The position numbers were made by a program, and so were the translations under genes. 64,000 nt of DNA from an uncultured Acidimicrobiaceae bacterium (GTDB lineage Bacteria; Actinomycetota; Acidimicrobiia; Acidimicrobiales; MedAcidi-G1). The number at the start of each line of letters is the position of its first letter. The stretch's first letter is position 1. Of the stretch, positions 1-9,134 are shown in pieces. The notes under the pieces were generated by a model that was not told the DNA's origin, did not search any database, and saw nothing but the letters and a program-made list of their open reading frames with translations. The DNA is taken from NCBI GenBank assembly GCA_964013895.1, contig CAXGYF010000002.1, forward strand, positions 35,316 through 99,315. Reading direction: 5' to 3'.

Positions 1-1345
1 TAGCTTCTCCTCTTACAATATGTTTTGGGTCAGCAGTTCTTCCCGCACCTCCTGGTAGTTCCATTTGTTGTGATGCTGCACCTACAGAAAAAGGATGTTG
101 AGCGCATGTCTCTATAACCTCGGCCACTGGAGCTGTCCCCGTAATAGTTTGTCCGGTTATTATCTGATCTCCAGGTTCAAGAGCGTTCTTTACGCGTAAT
201 TCGACAGGGTCCATTCCCAATTCAATAGCTAGCTTGTCCATCTGTGCTTCATGGGCAAAACAAACTTGCACACAGCCAAACCCCCTCATAGCCCCGCATG
301 GAGGATTGTTCGTCCTAACTACCGCACCGTATATTTCTACATTCGGCACCCGATACGGACCGGCCGCAAAACAAGTAGCGTTAGCTAACACGGCGCTACT
401 TGTAGAGGCATAAGCTCCCCCGTCTAAAAGTAGCCGGGCTTCAATTCGTGTAAGTGTTCCGTCGGATTTAGCGTGATGGCGATACCACATCTGGGCCGGG
501 TGACGGTGTACATGACCATGAAAACTTTCAGTTCGAGAGTATGACATCTTTATGGGTTTCCCAGTTCTCATTGCTAGGAGACAAAGATGTATATGAAGAC
601 TGATGTCCTCTCTTGCACCAAATGCTCCTCCAACTCCTGCCAACGTAAGTCTTACTTTTTCAGGAGGAAGATTCAGACAGGCAGCGACTTGATCACGGTC
701 AGCATGTAGCCACTGGGTTGATACAAAAAGGTCAATTCCTCCATCTTCTGATGGAACTGCCATTCCTGATTCTGTTCCCAAAGGCGCTTGATCTTGCATC
801 CCTACTTCATAAGTTCCTTCAACAGTTATTTCTCCCTCTTCTTGAGAATTTCCATAACTTAGATTTATTTCCCTAAAAAGATTTCCATCGGGATGTATAG
901 CCTCATTTTCTTGTGCCAATTTCGAGTCTGAGAGCGGCTCAATTAGTTCGTATTCAACTTCTATTGCTTCCAATGCGCGCCTTACATTTTCAGGATGGTC
1001 TGCTGCAACTATTGCTACAGGCTCACCCTGAAATCTCACAACTCCGTCTGCTAAAACTGGCTGATCTGGATGCTCCAGTCCATACAAAGGCATGTCGTCC
1101 AGATCTTCGCCTGTCAAGACAGCGTGCACTCCCGTCATTTTTAAAGCGGGAATTGTATTTATTGAAACTATCCGTGCAGATGGATGTGGCGAGCGAAGAG
1201 TCCCTCCCCAAATCATGTCGGGATGTCGTAAATCATTGGAAAATACAAATTCTCCTTTGACTTTCGGCACCCCATCGGGCCTAATAGCGTTCTCGCCTAT
1301 TCGAGGTCCTTTGGTAGCCGTTCCTAACGTTTGAAGCCGGCTCAT
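1..1345 (-). CDS. Xanthine dehydrogenase family molybdopterin-binding subunit (PucD/XdhB-like), runs off the left edge
   Basis: Not in ORF track (partial). Read by hand from ATG at 1345 (ATGA overlap with upstream stop): MSRLQTLG...RPDGVPKVKGEFVFSNDLRHPDMIWGGTLRSPHPSARI, a typical Mo-subunit N-terminus. Follows the FAD and 2Fe-2S subunits. Confidence 0.9.
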   Translation of the reverse strand, partial: MSRLQTLGTATKGPRIGENAIRPDGVPKVKGEFVFSNDLRHPDMIWGGTLRSPHPSARIVSINTIPALKMTGVHAVLTGEDLDDMPLYGLEHPDQPVLADGVVRFQGEPVAIVAADHPENVRRALEAIEVEYELIEPLSDSKLAQENEAIHPDGNLFREINLSYGNSQEEGEITVEGTYEVGMQDQAPLGTESGMAVPSEDGGIDLFVSTQWLHADRDQVAACLNLPPEKVRLTLAGVGGAFGAREDISLHIHLCLLAMRTGKPIKMSYSRTESFHGHVHRHPAQMWYRHHAKSDGTLTRIEARLLLDGGAYASTSSAVLANATCFAAGPYRVPNVEIYGAVVRTNNPPCGAMRGFGCVQVCFAHEAQMDKLAIELGMDPVELRVKNALEPGDQIITGQTITGTAPVAEVIETCAQHPFSVGAASQQMELPGGAGRTADPKHIVRGEA

Positions 1346-1842
1346 TTGCTTTTTTCCTCTTGATTCTGAGCTTTTCGGGTTTTACTCGCTATCCGAACAG
1401 CTTCGAGGATCCTTCCATAGCCGGTACACCTGCATAGATTGCCACTAATTGCTTCCCGAACTGTCAAGTCATCTGGATCAGGATCCGTATCCAACAATTG
1501 ATCTATCGCTACCAGTAACCCTGGTGTACAGAATCCGCACTGAACTGCTCCTGCGTCTACAAAAGCTTTCTGAACATCTGAAATTTCATCTTTTGTGCCC
1601 AGTCCTTCAATTGTGGTGATTTCACGACCTACAGCAGAAGCTGCAAGAACTAAACAGCTGCAAACAATTTCTCCGTCAACAAGAACCGTGCAAGAACCGC
1701 ACTCTCCTTCCTCACAGGCATTTTTTGATCCGGAAAGTTCCAGCCGTTCTCTCAAAACCCATAGGAGGCTTTCCGATGGGTGACCATCAGCAACTTGATA
1801 ACTATTACCATTTACTAAAAGGGTGTAGGTTTCAGAAATCAT
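1342..1842 (-). CDS. Molybdo-flavoenzyme small (2Fe-2S) subunit
   Basis: CEEGECGSCTV...CSC, QCGFCTPG and GNLCRCTGY motifs. Confidence 0.95.
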   Translation of the reverse strand: MISETYTLLVNGNSYQVADGHPSESLLWVLRERLELSGSKNACEEGECGSCTVLVDGEIVCSCLVLAASAVGREITTIEGLGTKDEISDVQKAFVDAGAVQCGFCTPGLLVAIDQLLDTDPDPDDLTVREAISGNLCRCTGYGRILEAVRIASKTRKAQNQEEKSK

Positions 1843-2693
1843 TTTATATCTCCCGCGCTAACTCTTTCTAAAGCTCTCTTAGCTAAAACTTTCACTGCAT
1901 GTTTTCGGTAATTTGCAGTTCCGCGATGGTCATCAATGGGTTCTGTTGAATCAGCTACTAGTTCAGAAAATTTGTTTATTACTGCCTCTGAAAGGTTACT
2001 GTTGGTTTCCCAATCAAATTCGTGTGATATGAATTCTTCTGCTTCGGTAGCTCGAAATGGCACAGGGGATACAGAACCAACACCTATTCTTAAATTTCTC
2101 CCTAAATAATCTGTTACTAATGCGAGAGAAACGACTGAAATAACCATTGCATTTCGAGTTCCCACTTTTAGAAATTCTTGGGGCCCCTTGAATACAGGCA
2201 CCCTTATTGATTCAATAATTTCTCCCGGCTTCAGTGAATTTGCTTTAACACCAGTTATAAATTCTGTAATAGAAACTTCTCGAGTTCCTGTTGACGATTT
2301 CAATTGAATACATGCGTCCATTGCTACTAAAACAGGAATTGTGTCTCCGGCAGGTGATGCCGTAGCTAAATTACCTCCCAGGGTTCCTGCGTTACGTATT
2401 TGTGGGGAACCTATAGTTCTTGCTGCCTGTGCTAAAGCAGGAATAAATGATGCTAATTCGGGATGTGTAAAATCTGTATAAGAAACACCTGCCCCTAAAA
2501 TGATTTGGCTATCTTCAATAGTCCACTTTTTTAATTCAGGTATTCGACTTAAGTCTAAAACAGCTTCCATAGAGTGTGCCCCTCTATTTACTTGCACCAT
2601 AAGGTCAGTTCCTCCTGCAAGTACTGTTGTCGCTGGATTTTCTGCCAATACAGCACATGCTTCATTAACTGACTTAGCGATAGTTACCCCCAT
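1839..2693 (-). CDS. Molybdo-flavoenzyme FAD-binding (medium) subunit
   Basis: LAGGTDL, QIRNAGTLGGNLATASPAGD and DDHRGTANYR motifs; 4-bp overlap with the small subunit. Confidence 0.93.
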   Translation of the reverse strand: MGVTIAKSVNEACAVLAENPATTVLAGGTDLMVQVNRGAHSMEAVLDLSRIPELKKWTIEDSQIILGAGVSYTDFTHPELASFIPALAQAARTIGSPQIRNAGTLGGNLATASPAGDTIPVLVAMDACIQLKSSTGTREVSITEFITGVKANSLKPGEIIESIRVPVFKGPQEFLKVGTRNAMVISVVSLALVTDYLGRNLRIGVGSVSPVPFRATEAEEFISHEFDWETNSNLSEAVINKFSELVADSTEPIDDHRGTANYRKHAVKVLAKRALERVSAGDIK

Positions 2694-2721
2694 CTATTAA
2701 GGGTGCCGGAACTTCAACATT

Positions 2722-2749
2722 TTGTCAACGCGTTTGATGCCTGTATCTT
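2722..2749 (+). promoter_or_regulatory. Possible sigma70-type promoter for a leaderless transcript of the HTH gene
   Basis: TTGTCA (2722-2727), 16 bp, TATCTT (2744-2749), then 7 nt to the in-frame GTG at 2757. Confidence 0.3.
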
Positions 2750-2756
2750 TAATCTT

Positions 2757-3122
2757 GTGGACGAGTCAAAACACCCTTTACTGGAAGCTCTATTACCATT
2801 AGCGGATATTCTTGGAATTCAAATTCTCGATAAGAGCGACATATCAGAGTCAGATTTACATCTTGTTTGGGAAGGCGAAATTGTTGGTGGAGTTCGTAGG
2901 CATAATTTGAATGGTGCTTTAACTCGTCTCCTTTCGGCTGTCGAAGTCGAAATGGATCTGAAAGTTGAAGATATGGACAGAATTCAAAAGCAACAGGCAG
3001 TCGCCTTGCTTAATGAATGGGGTGTGTTTAATTTGAGGAAATCCGTAGAAAGTGTTGCAGAAGCTTTGGAGGTTAGCCGTTTTACGGTTTATAACTATCT
3101 TGAGCGTTCTGAAAATGACTAA
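2757..3122 (+). CDS. HTH_22 (YheO/DauR C-terminal-like) helix-turn-helix regulator
   Basis: C-terminus QKQQAVALLNEWGVFNLRKSVESVAEALEVSRFTVYNYL. Track start 2703 is only 9 bp from the divergent start, so GTG 2757 (VDESKHPLL) is preferred. Confidence 0.75.
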   Translation: MDESKHPLLEALLPLADILGIQILDKSDISESDLHLVWEGEIVGGVRRHNLNGALTRLLSAVEVEMDLKVEDMDRIQKQQAVALLNEWGVFNLRKSVESVAEALEVSRFTVYNYLERSEND

Positions 3123-3149
3123 TTCACTTTTAGGCACTAGTTTTCTTCT

Positions 3150-4619
3150 ATGACTGAATCACCATCTAAAACAGACACCAATGATGACTTATCTCGCGTA
3201 GATGCAGTTGCTTTGGCAAAAATGATTAGAGATAAGGAACTTTCTCCAGTCGAAGTCGTTTCAATGACAATTGAAAGAATCGAGCGATTAGATAAAGATC
3301 TAAATTCTGTAATCCACTGCCAATTTGAAAAAGCTTTAGAATTAGCGGCTTCATCTGACCTTCCTGATGGACCTTTCAAAGGTGTCCCGATGTTAATAAA
3401 GGATCTTTGGGCAGAGGAAGATGGGCAACCTCACCATGCTGGAATTAAAGGAATGCGTGATGCTGAATACATCGCTAGAACCGATAGTGATCTTGTCACT
3501 CGATACAAGGAAGCTGGTTTCATAATTGTCGGCAGAACTAACACTCCTGAGATGGGAGCAGTTGCGACCACAGAACCCTTAGCTTATGGTCCGACTAAAA
3601 ATCCATGGAATTTTGATTACGGTCCCGGCGGTTCATCTGGTGGAGCAGCGGCGGCTGTAGCAGCAGGCTTTTTACCTGCCGCTAACGCAAGTGACGGCGG
3701 GGGTTCCATACGAATTCCAGCTGCAATGTGCGGTTTGGTTGGATTGAAACCATCAAGGGGAAGGGTTCCAATGGGGCCAGAAAAAGAGGAATGGGGGGTT
3801 TCTATTCAGCATGTAGTTTCCCATACGGTCAGAGACACTTCGGCAATTCTTGATGCTACTGCGATAAATTTCCCGGGTGATGGGGTTTTCGCCCCTGAAT
3901 TTGGAAGACCGTATTTCAATAAGAATTCTCAGAATTTAAAACCGCTCAAGATTGGCCTCAAAATCTCTGACCCTCGTATAGAGGTGCATCCTGATTGCAT
4001 CGAAGCTGTGCATAACACTGCATCTCTACTATCAGATTTGGGACACCATGTTGAAGAAACATCTCCGGAAGCTCTAAATGACATGGGAAGAGTTAAAGAA
4101 CTGGGCTGGGCGTTTGGAATTAATTGGTCTGTAAATATTGCAGCAAATTTTGCTTACCTATCCAAACGTTTAGGACGTGAAGTAGTGGAAGACGATTTAG
4201 AACCTGGAACTTGGTTTTTGGCCCAAATAGGAAAAGAGGTTTCAGCTATAAATTTTGTCAAAGCTCAAGGGATAATGTCGATTCTTCGCAGAGAATTAGC
4301 AGATTGGTGGTCGAGTGGATTTGACTTACTTCTAACTCCCACCACTGCTCAACCTCCTCCTCTTATTGGTCGGCTACTCCCAACAGAGGAAGACCCTATA
4401 CGAGCATCAACAGAGTCAATTCCTTACTCTGTATTTACTTCGCCTTTCAACACGACTGGCCAACCTGCTATCTCTCTACCAATTGGGAGTTCCGATGGAC
4501 TGCCTGTTGGAATCCAACTCGTAGGTGCTTATGGAAGAGAAGACTTAATTCTAGAGGTCAGCTCCCAATTAGAAGAAGTAGTCAAGTGGTCTGAAAACCG
4601 GGCACCTTTTCACGCTTAA
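3150..4619 (+). CDS. Amidase-signature family amidase
   Basis: GVPMLIKD, GGSSGGAAAAVA and GGGSIRIPA give an intact Lys-Ser-Ser triad. Confidence 0.93.
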   Translation: MTESPSKTDTNDDLSRVDAVALAKMIRDKELSPVEVVSMTIERIERLDKDLNSVIHCQFEKALELAASSDLPDGPFKGVPMLIKDLWAEEDGQPHHAGIKGMRDAEYIARTDSDLVTRYKEAGFIIVGRTNTPEMGAVATTEPLAYGPTKNPWNFDYGPGGSSGGAAAAVAAGFLPAANASDGGGSIRIPAAMCGLVGLKPSRGRVPMGPEKEEWGVSIQHVVSHTVRDTSAILDATAINFPGDGVFAPEFGRPYFNKNSQNLKPLKIGLKISDPRIEVHPDCIEAVHNTASLLSDLGHHVEETSPEALNDMGRVKELGWAFGINWSVNIAANFAYLSKRLGREVVEDDLEPGTWFLAQIGKEVSAINFVKAQGIMSILRRELADWWSSGFDLLLTPTTAQPPPLIGRLLPTEEDPIRASTESIPYSVFTSPFNTTGQPAISLPIGSSDGLPVGIQLVGAYGREDLILEVSSQLEEVVKWSENRAPFHA

Positions 4620-4622
4620 CTT

Positions 4623-5126
4623 TCAAGCGTCGAGAACTCCGTAACCGGCTTGACCGATATCAACAACTGGTGGTTCAGTCGACCATGGAAAATTAACCCA
4701 TTTACCAGTGTGTTTCCAAACGTATTCGCAATCAACGATTGAATGAGGTTTTTGATAAAGAACGGCAGATTTTACTTCTGCAACTTTTTCTAAAGCATGC
4801 CCTCTGACCAAAGCAAGAGTATTTCCAGTATCAGCAACGTCATCAACTATAAGAACTTTTGCTTTTCCTAAATCAACCCAATCCACATACGGTGGAAGCA
4901 CTACTGGGAGGTCTAAGTGTTCGTCAACTCCCGTGTAGTATTCGACATTCATTACATAAAGATTCTTTACTGCTAATGCATAACCGAGCGAACCAGCCAC
5001 AAGCATTCCGCCACGAACAATCGCCAGAATAATATCTGGTTGATAGTTATCGTCTGCGATTGTTTGGGCGAGTTCTCTAACTGCTTTTCCGTAAAGATCC
5101 CAATCCATCTCTTCGCGTTCGGACAC
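4623..5126 (-). CDS. Type I phosphoribosyltransferase (Gpt-like)
   Basis: PRPP-binding loop LIVDDVADTG; AIVRGG; WVNFPW. Confidence 0.88.
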   Translation of the reverse strand: MSEREEMDWDLYGKAVRELAQTIADDNYQPDIILAIVRGGMLVAGSLGYALAVKNLYVMNVEYYTGVDEHLDLPVVLPPYVDWVDLGKAKVLIVDDVADTGNTLALVRGHALEKVAEVKSAVLYQKPHSIVDCEYVWKHTGKWVNFPWSTEPPVVDIGQAGYGVLDA

Positions 5127-5192
5127 AACTCCTCCTGATTGTTGAACACACTAGCGTGCAAATAAAACTATTTCTAAATGGATACAAAATAA

Positions 5193-6512
5193 CTATCCGG
5201 TCATAAGGACCAAACCGAACATCGTATAAAGAACCATTACCGCCAACATCGGATACTGGCTTTGCATTGCTTTCTTGAGTTCAAATTTTTCAATCCCTCT
5301 ATCATGCGAAACCAATACGCCAACTAAGTGGCCACCTACGATCGAAAGGACCTGTACCCACCCTATTACTCCTGACGAAATTAATGTCCAGTTGATCGGG
5401 TCAGTCGCTGTTCCAAAAATATCCCATCCTTTGCCAAACGGGTCCGATATAAGAACTTTGAAAGCTTGCCCTTCGAGTAGCAATAACGAAAAATAATGAG
5501 CCAAGTCATAACCAAAAAGTATTGGAATTAAAGAAGCTCCAAATCTTTCAGAAAATTTTGCATCACCAGTTGTCTTACCACCTAACTTACCGGCCAGATG
5601 GTAAGCCACTCCGACTACAGCAACTATCCATATAAGTCCAACAGTATTTACTAGCGTCAGTTCCCACTTATTCCGTCCAACAATAATCTCACTCCAAAAC
5701 CGAGTTCGGGAGAACCCATCAAAGGCGGTTCCACCTAAAGCAGCTAGTACTACAGCAAGCTGAGACGAAGTCATCTCATAGTTTGCAACTCCAACAAAAG
5801 GAACCCGTATGAACATTTTCTTGGGTTTTTGCGCTTCTGTTTCTTTTACCCTGAAAGGTGAGAGCTCAGCAAACGCACCAAATAAAACACCGAATCCTTC
5901 AGCTTTTCGCGCTTGTGTCCACCCCCATCTCCAGGCTATGGCCATTAGACCAACGGTGTATATCAATATCCACCATCCGAGGACTCTGGGGCTTGCCCCG
6001 TCATGATAAGCCAGTTCAAACCAGTGGAAAATGCTTATTGGAGCCAAGGCAGCCCACCCAGAGGTCAACCATTTTGGAGCAGATTCTCCATTTTCTTTTC
6101 TTATTTGATCTACTAGCTTGCCAAGTGTCTCCCAGGGGCTTATCTCTCTCCAAATATGCCCAAAAAGAGCTGAAGCGAATGCAATCCCTATCCAAAAGAC
6201 AACAAAGACTGTTATTGGTGCAAGATTAGCAACCGTATTGTCCTGACCAATAAAACCGGCGATTAGAACAACCGTAAACAGGGTTAAAGAAATATAACGA
6301 ATAATTGTTTTAAACAAATTGAGCCATGTAAAGACACTGAATGCCGGACGACCAATTGAAAGCTTTTTTAACAAAGGCTTATGCCAAAAATAACCAAGCG
6401 CGGCAAAGGAAAAAACTAGTGCAACTCCTCCAGCCCACGCTACTTGCCATTCAGACAAAGGCAAGTCAAGGCGCCCTCCAATTCCATGCGCAAATATGAA
6501 AACTTCAGTCAC
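5193..6512 (-). CDS. Polytopic membrane protein with conserved His (family often mis-labelled fenitrothion hydrolase)
   Basis: About 10 hydrophobic helices; AHGIGGRLDLP N-terminus; GYDLAHYF and GGHLVG...SHD motifs; 4-bp overlap with the upstream lipoprotein. Confidence 0.7.
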   Translation of the reverse strand: MTEVFIFAHGIGGRLDLPLSEWQVAWAGGVALVFSFAALGYFWHKPLLKKLSIGRPAFSVFTWLNLFKTIIRYISLTLFTVVLIAGFIGQDNTVANLAPITVFVVFWIGIAFASALFGHIWREISPWETLGKLVDQIRKENGESAPKWLTSGWAALAPISIFHWFELAYHDGASPRVLGWWILIYTVGLMAIAWRWGWTQARKAEGFGVLFGAFAELSPFRVKETEAQKPKKMFIRVPFVGVANYEMTSSQLAVVLAALGGTAFDGFSRTRFWSEIIVGRNKWELTLVNTVGLIWIVAVVGVAYHLAGKLGGKTTGDAKFSERFGASLIPILFGYDLAHYFSLLLLEGQAFKVLISDPFGKGWDIFGTATDPINWTLISSGVIGWVQVLSIVGGHLVGVLVSHDRGIEKFELKKAMQSQYPMLAVMVLYTMFGLVLMTG

Positions 6513-7306
6513 GAAACCTGAAGTTCAAATATTCTGAATCCAGCTGAGTGCAATTCAGCTTCAAAAATTCCAGGAATGGTCGCATCCACTTTTATTACTG
6601 CTGGAATGCCAGGCCCAACATCTACCATGTTGTCGTATACATGCAAATGCACTTCATCATTTCTGTCGCTGTATACAGTTATCTCGACGACATCACCTTT
6701 TGAAACTTCAAAACGTGACAAGCCACCTATGACTTTTCCTTCCGAAACCTCTACTTCGAATAAAGCATCAGGAGGCTCGGCTTCATAGCCTCCTGAGATC
6801 GTGACAGTTGCCGTGTCCGCAATGAGTTTTCCATTAAGAGAAAAACTTTGATGATCTATAGACGAGAGTGAAACCACTATCTCATGCTGACCGTTCGACA
6901 AATCACTTAGGTAATAATTTTTTTCGGAAAGCATCGCTACCATTTTGCCGTCCAGTTTAACATGCAAATGACCTTCTCTCGGTTGATTGCCCTTCGGTGC
7001 ATCTAGAGGAACTAATTCAAAATTCTCGAGTTCAATCTCAAGCCTTACTCCACCTTGACTGTCAGGGATTGCGACTATTGAAACATTTGGAGGGTCAGTT
7101 ATAGAACTCAAATCAATAAAGTCGTCACCGCTGTGATGGTCATGCCCGCCATGATTATGTCCTGTGTGGTCATGATCGGTTTTCTCTTCCAACGGAGAAT
7201 CGTTCGTTCTCTGACTTTCACTTCCACAAGCCGAGATCAACAAAACCGATAAAATAAAAAATAACGAAATGACTCGTCGAGGAAATTCAATAATTCTTTT
7301 TTTCAC
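6509..7306 (-). CDS. His-rich lipoprotein with C-terminal cupredoxin-like domain
   Basis: Lipobox LISAC; DHDHTGHNHGGHDHH tract; GHLH, EVHLHVYD and FEAELH motifs. Confidence 0.7.
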   Translation of the reverse strand: MKKRIIEFPRRVISLFFILSVLLISACGSESQRTNDSPLEEKTDHDHTGHNHGGHDHHSGDDFIDLSSITDPPNVSIVAIPDSQGGVRLEIELENFELVPLDAPKGNQPREGHLHVKLDGKMVAMLSEKNYYLSDLSNGQHEIVVSLSSIDHQSFSLNGKLIADTATVTISGGYEAEPPDALFEVEVSEGKVIGGLSRFEVSKGDVVEITVYSDRNDEVHLHVYDNMVDVGPGIPAVIKVDATIPGIFEAELHSAGFRIFELQVS

Positions 7307-7307
7307 A

Positions 7308-8153
7308 TCAATCGTGCCAATCGAGTGCAGTCCTCATAGTTGTTTCAAAATCTTCGAAACTCATCGAAGTTTTAGTGGCATCAATTAATTCGGCATCTTG
7401 TCCTACAAGTGTCCTAAAAGGCGTTTTTGAATCACTTACCGCCCTAACAATTGCATCCGCCACTTCTTGAGGGTCGGGCGGTCCAGCACTTTCTTCTGAT
7501 TCATTGTCGCTTATGTTGTCAAGTCTCATTAAAGCTTCGCGAAAGGCCATAGCACGCTCTTGATGTTGGGAACCCTCCCATGTATCAGGCCTAACAATAT
7601 TTTCAAAAAAGCCTGTCGAAAACCGACCAGGTTCTATCACACATACTCGAATACCCAGGTGAGAAACTTCGAAATGCAAGGACTCACTTAAAGCCTCCAG
7701 AGCATGTTTTGAAGCTGCATACGAACCACTATAAGGAGGTGCAGAACGACCAGCGATACTACTTACATTAACTATTACTCCACTACCTCGTTGGGTCCAA
7801 ACTGGCAATACCGTTCTTATCAGTCTCAACGGGCCCAACAGATTTGTGTCAAGTTGCTTCCACATCAAATCATCTTCTAGCTGTTCAACTGCCGCTTGTA
7901 TTTCAAATCCAGCGTTGTTTACAATCGCCTCTATTTCTTGCGCATCCGCTAAGCAATTTTGCACCATCTCTAGGTTGCATACATCTAGTTCACGAATCTC
8001 TATTGAAAGTCCTTCTTCATTCGCAACCCTACGAATATCATCTCCTTTATTAGGATCTCTCATAGTAGCGATAACTTTTTTACCTTCTCTAGCCAACGAA
8101 AGGGCCGCTAGTTTTCCGAATCCGGTATTAGTTCCTGTAATTAAAATACTCAT
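7308..8153 (-). CDS. Short-chain dehydrogenase/reductase
   Basis: TGTNTGFG, NNAG and YAASK motifs. Confidence 0.93.
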   Translation of the reverse strand: MSILITGTNTGFGKLAALSLAREGKKVIATMRDPNKGDDIRRVANEEGLSIEIRELDVCNLEMVQNCLADAQEIEAIVNNAGFEIQAAVEQLEDDLMWKQLDTNLLGPLRLIRTVLPVWTQRGSGVIVNVSSIAGRSAPPYSGSYAASKHALEALSESLHFEVSHLGIRVCVIEPGRFSTGFFENIVRPDTWEGSQHQERAMAFREALMRLDNISDNESEESAGPPDPQEVADAIVRAVSDSKTPFRTLVGQDAELIDATKTSMSFEDFETTMRTALDWHD

Positions 8154-8214
8154 GCCCTGACTCTAGCAATCTGCCAAATGCAGTTTGGTTCTATATAGAA
8201 ACTTGATTTGAAAA

Positions 8215-8478
8215 TCAACGGTTTTCCTTAGCTTTTTTTTGTGCATATATTTCTTTGCACTTAGGACAGAGAGGGAAACGGTCTGGGTTTCTGTCCGGTA
8301 CCCAAACCTTTCCGCACAAAGCAACTATTGGCTTTCCGGTAACAGCTGATTCAACTATGTCAGCCTTTCTTGCATAATGCGAGAAACGGTCATGGTCACC
8401 TTCATCTAAGAGAGTCTCACTTTTTGTCTCTTGACTAATATCAGTGGAGTTCATAGTGGCAAATAAATGCTTTCTCAT
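8215..8478 (-). CDS. DUF3039 protein (actinobacterial, Cys/His motif)
   Basis: GDHDRFSHY...VALCGKVWVP...CPKCKEIY. Confidence 0.85.
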   Translation of the reverse strand: MRKHLFATMNSTDISQETKSETLLDEGDHDRFSHYARKADIVESAVTGKPIVALCGKVWVPDRNPDRFPLCPKCKEIYAQKKAKENR

Positions 8479-8485
8479 TCTAGTT

Positions 8486-9127
8486 TTAGTTTATTTCTGC
8501 GTGTTGGCGTATCCATGCGTGCATGGCAATACCTGACGCAACGCCTGCATTGATAGATCTAGTCGAACCATATTGAGAAATCGAACAAACCATAGAGCAT
8601 GCATTTTGGGTTGTTGCGGAAAGACCTGGACCCTCTTGTCCAAACACTAATACACACTCTTTCGGCAAAGTAACAGTTTCCAAAGGGACTGATCCGGGTA
8701 AGTTGTCTACCCCTATGAGTGGAATCGACTGCGAGTCCGCCCAGATAAGCATGTCTTCAATTTTCGGATGATATGTGACGTGCTGATACCGATCGGTTAC
8801 CATTGCTCCACGTCTATTCCAACGTCGTCGTCCTATGATGTGGACTCCCGCCGCCAAAAATGCATTAGCGTTTCTTACTACAGTTCCGATATTTAAATCA
8901 TGGTCCCAATTTTCAACAGCAACATGAAAGGAGTGTCGTCGAGTATCCAAATCCTTACTTATAGCCTCTACGGTCCAGTAACGATAACTGTCAATCACAT
9001 TTCGTTTATCGCCTTGCGCTAGGAGTTCAGGATCTAAACGGTCATCTTCAGGCCAAGGCTCAGGATGTGGCCCAACCCCTATGGTAAAATCTCGCATTTC
9101 CTTATCTGATGATTCATTTTCTTTCAC
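8486..9127 (-). CDS. TrmH/SpoU family RNA methyltransferase
   Basis: HDLNIGTVVRNANAF, LVFGQEGPGL and RSINAGVASGIAMH (SPOUT motifs). Confidence 0.9.
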   Translation of the reverse strand: MKENESSDKEMRDFTIGVGPHPEPWPEDDRLDPELLAQGDKRNVIDSYRYWTVEAISKDLDTRRHSFHVAVENWDHDLNIGTVVRNANAFLAAGVHIIGRRRWNRRGAMVTDRYQHVTYHPKIEDMLIWADSQSIPLIGVDNLPGSVPLETVTLPKECVLVFGQEGPGLSATTQNACSMVCSISQYGSTRSINAGVASGIAMHAWIRQHAEIN

Positions 9128-9134
9128 TTCTTTG

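Noticed and set aside
913-1334. Plus-strand ORFs of 115 and 80 aa
   Set aside because: Antisense to the Mo-subunit CDS that the track missed because it runs off the edge
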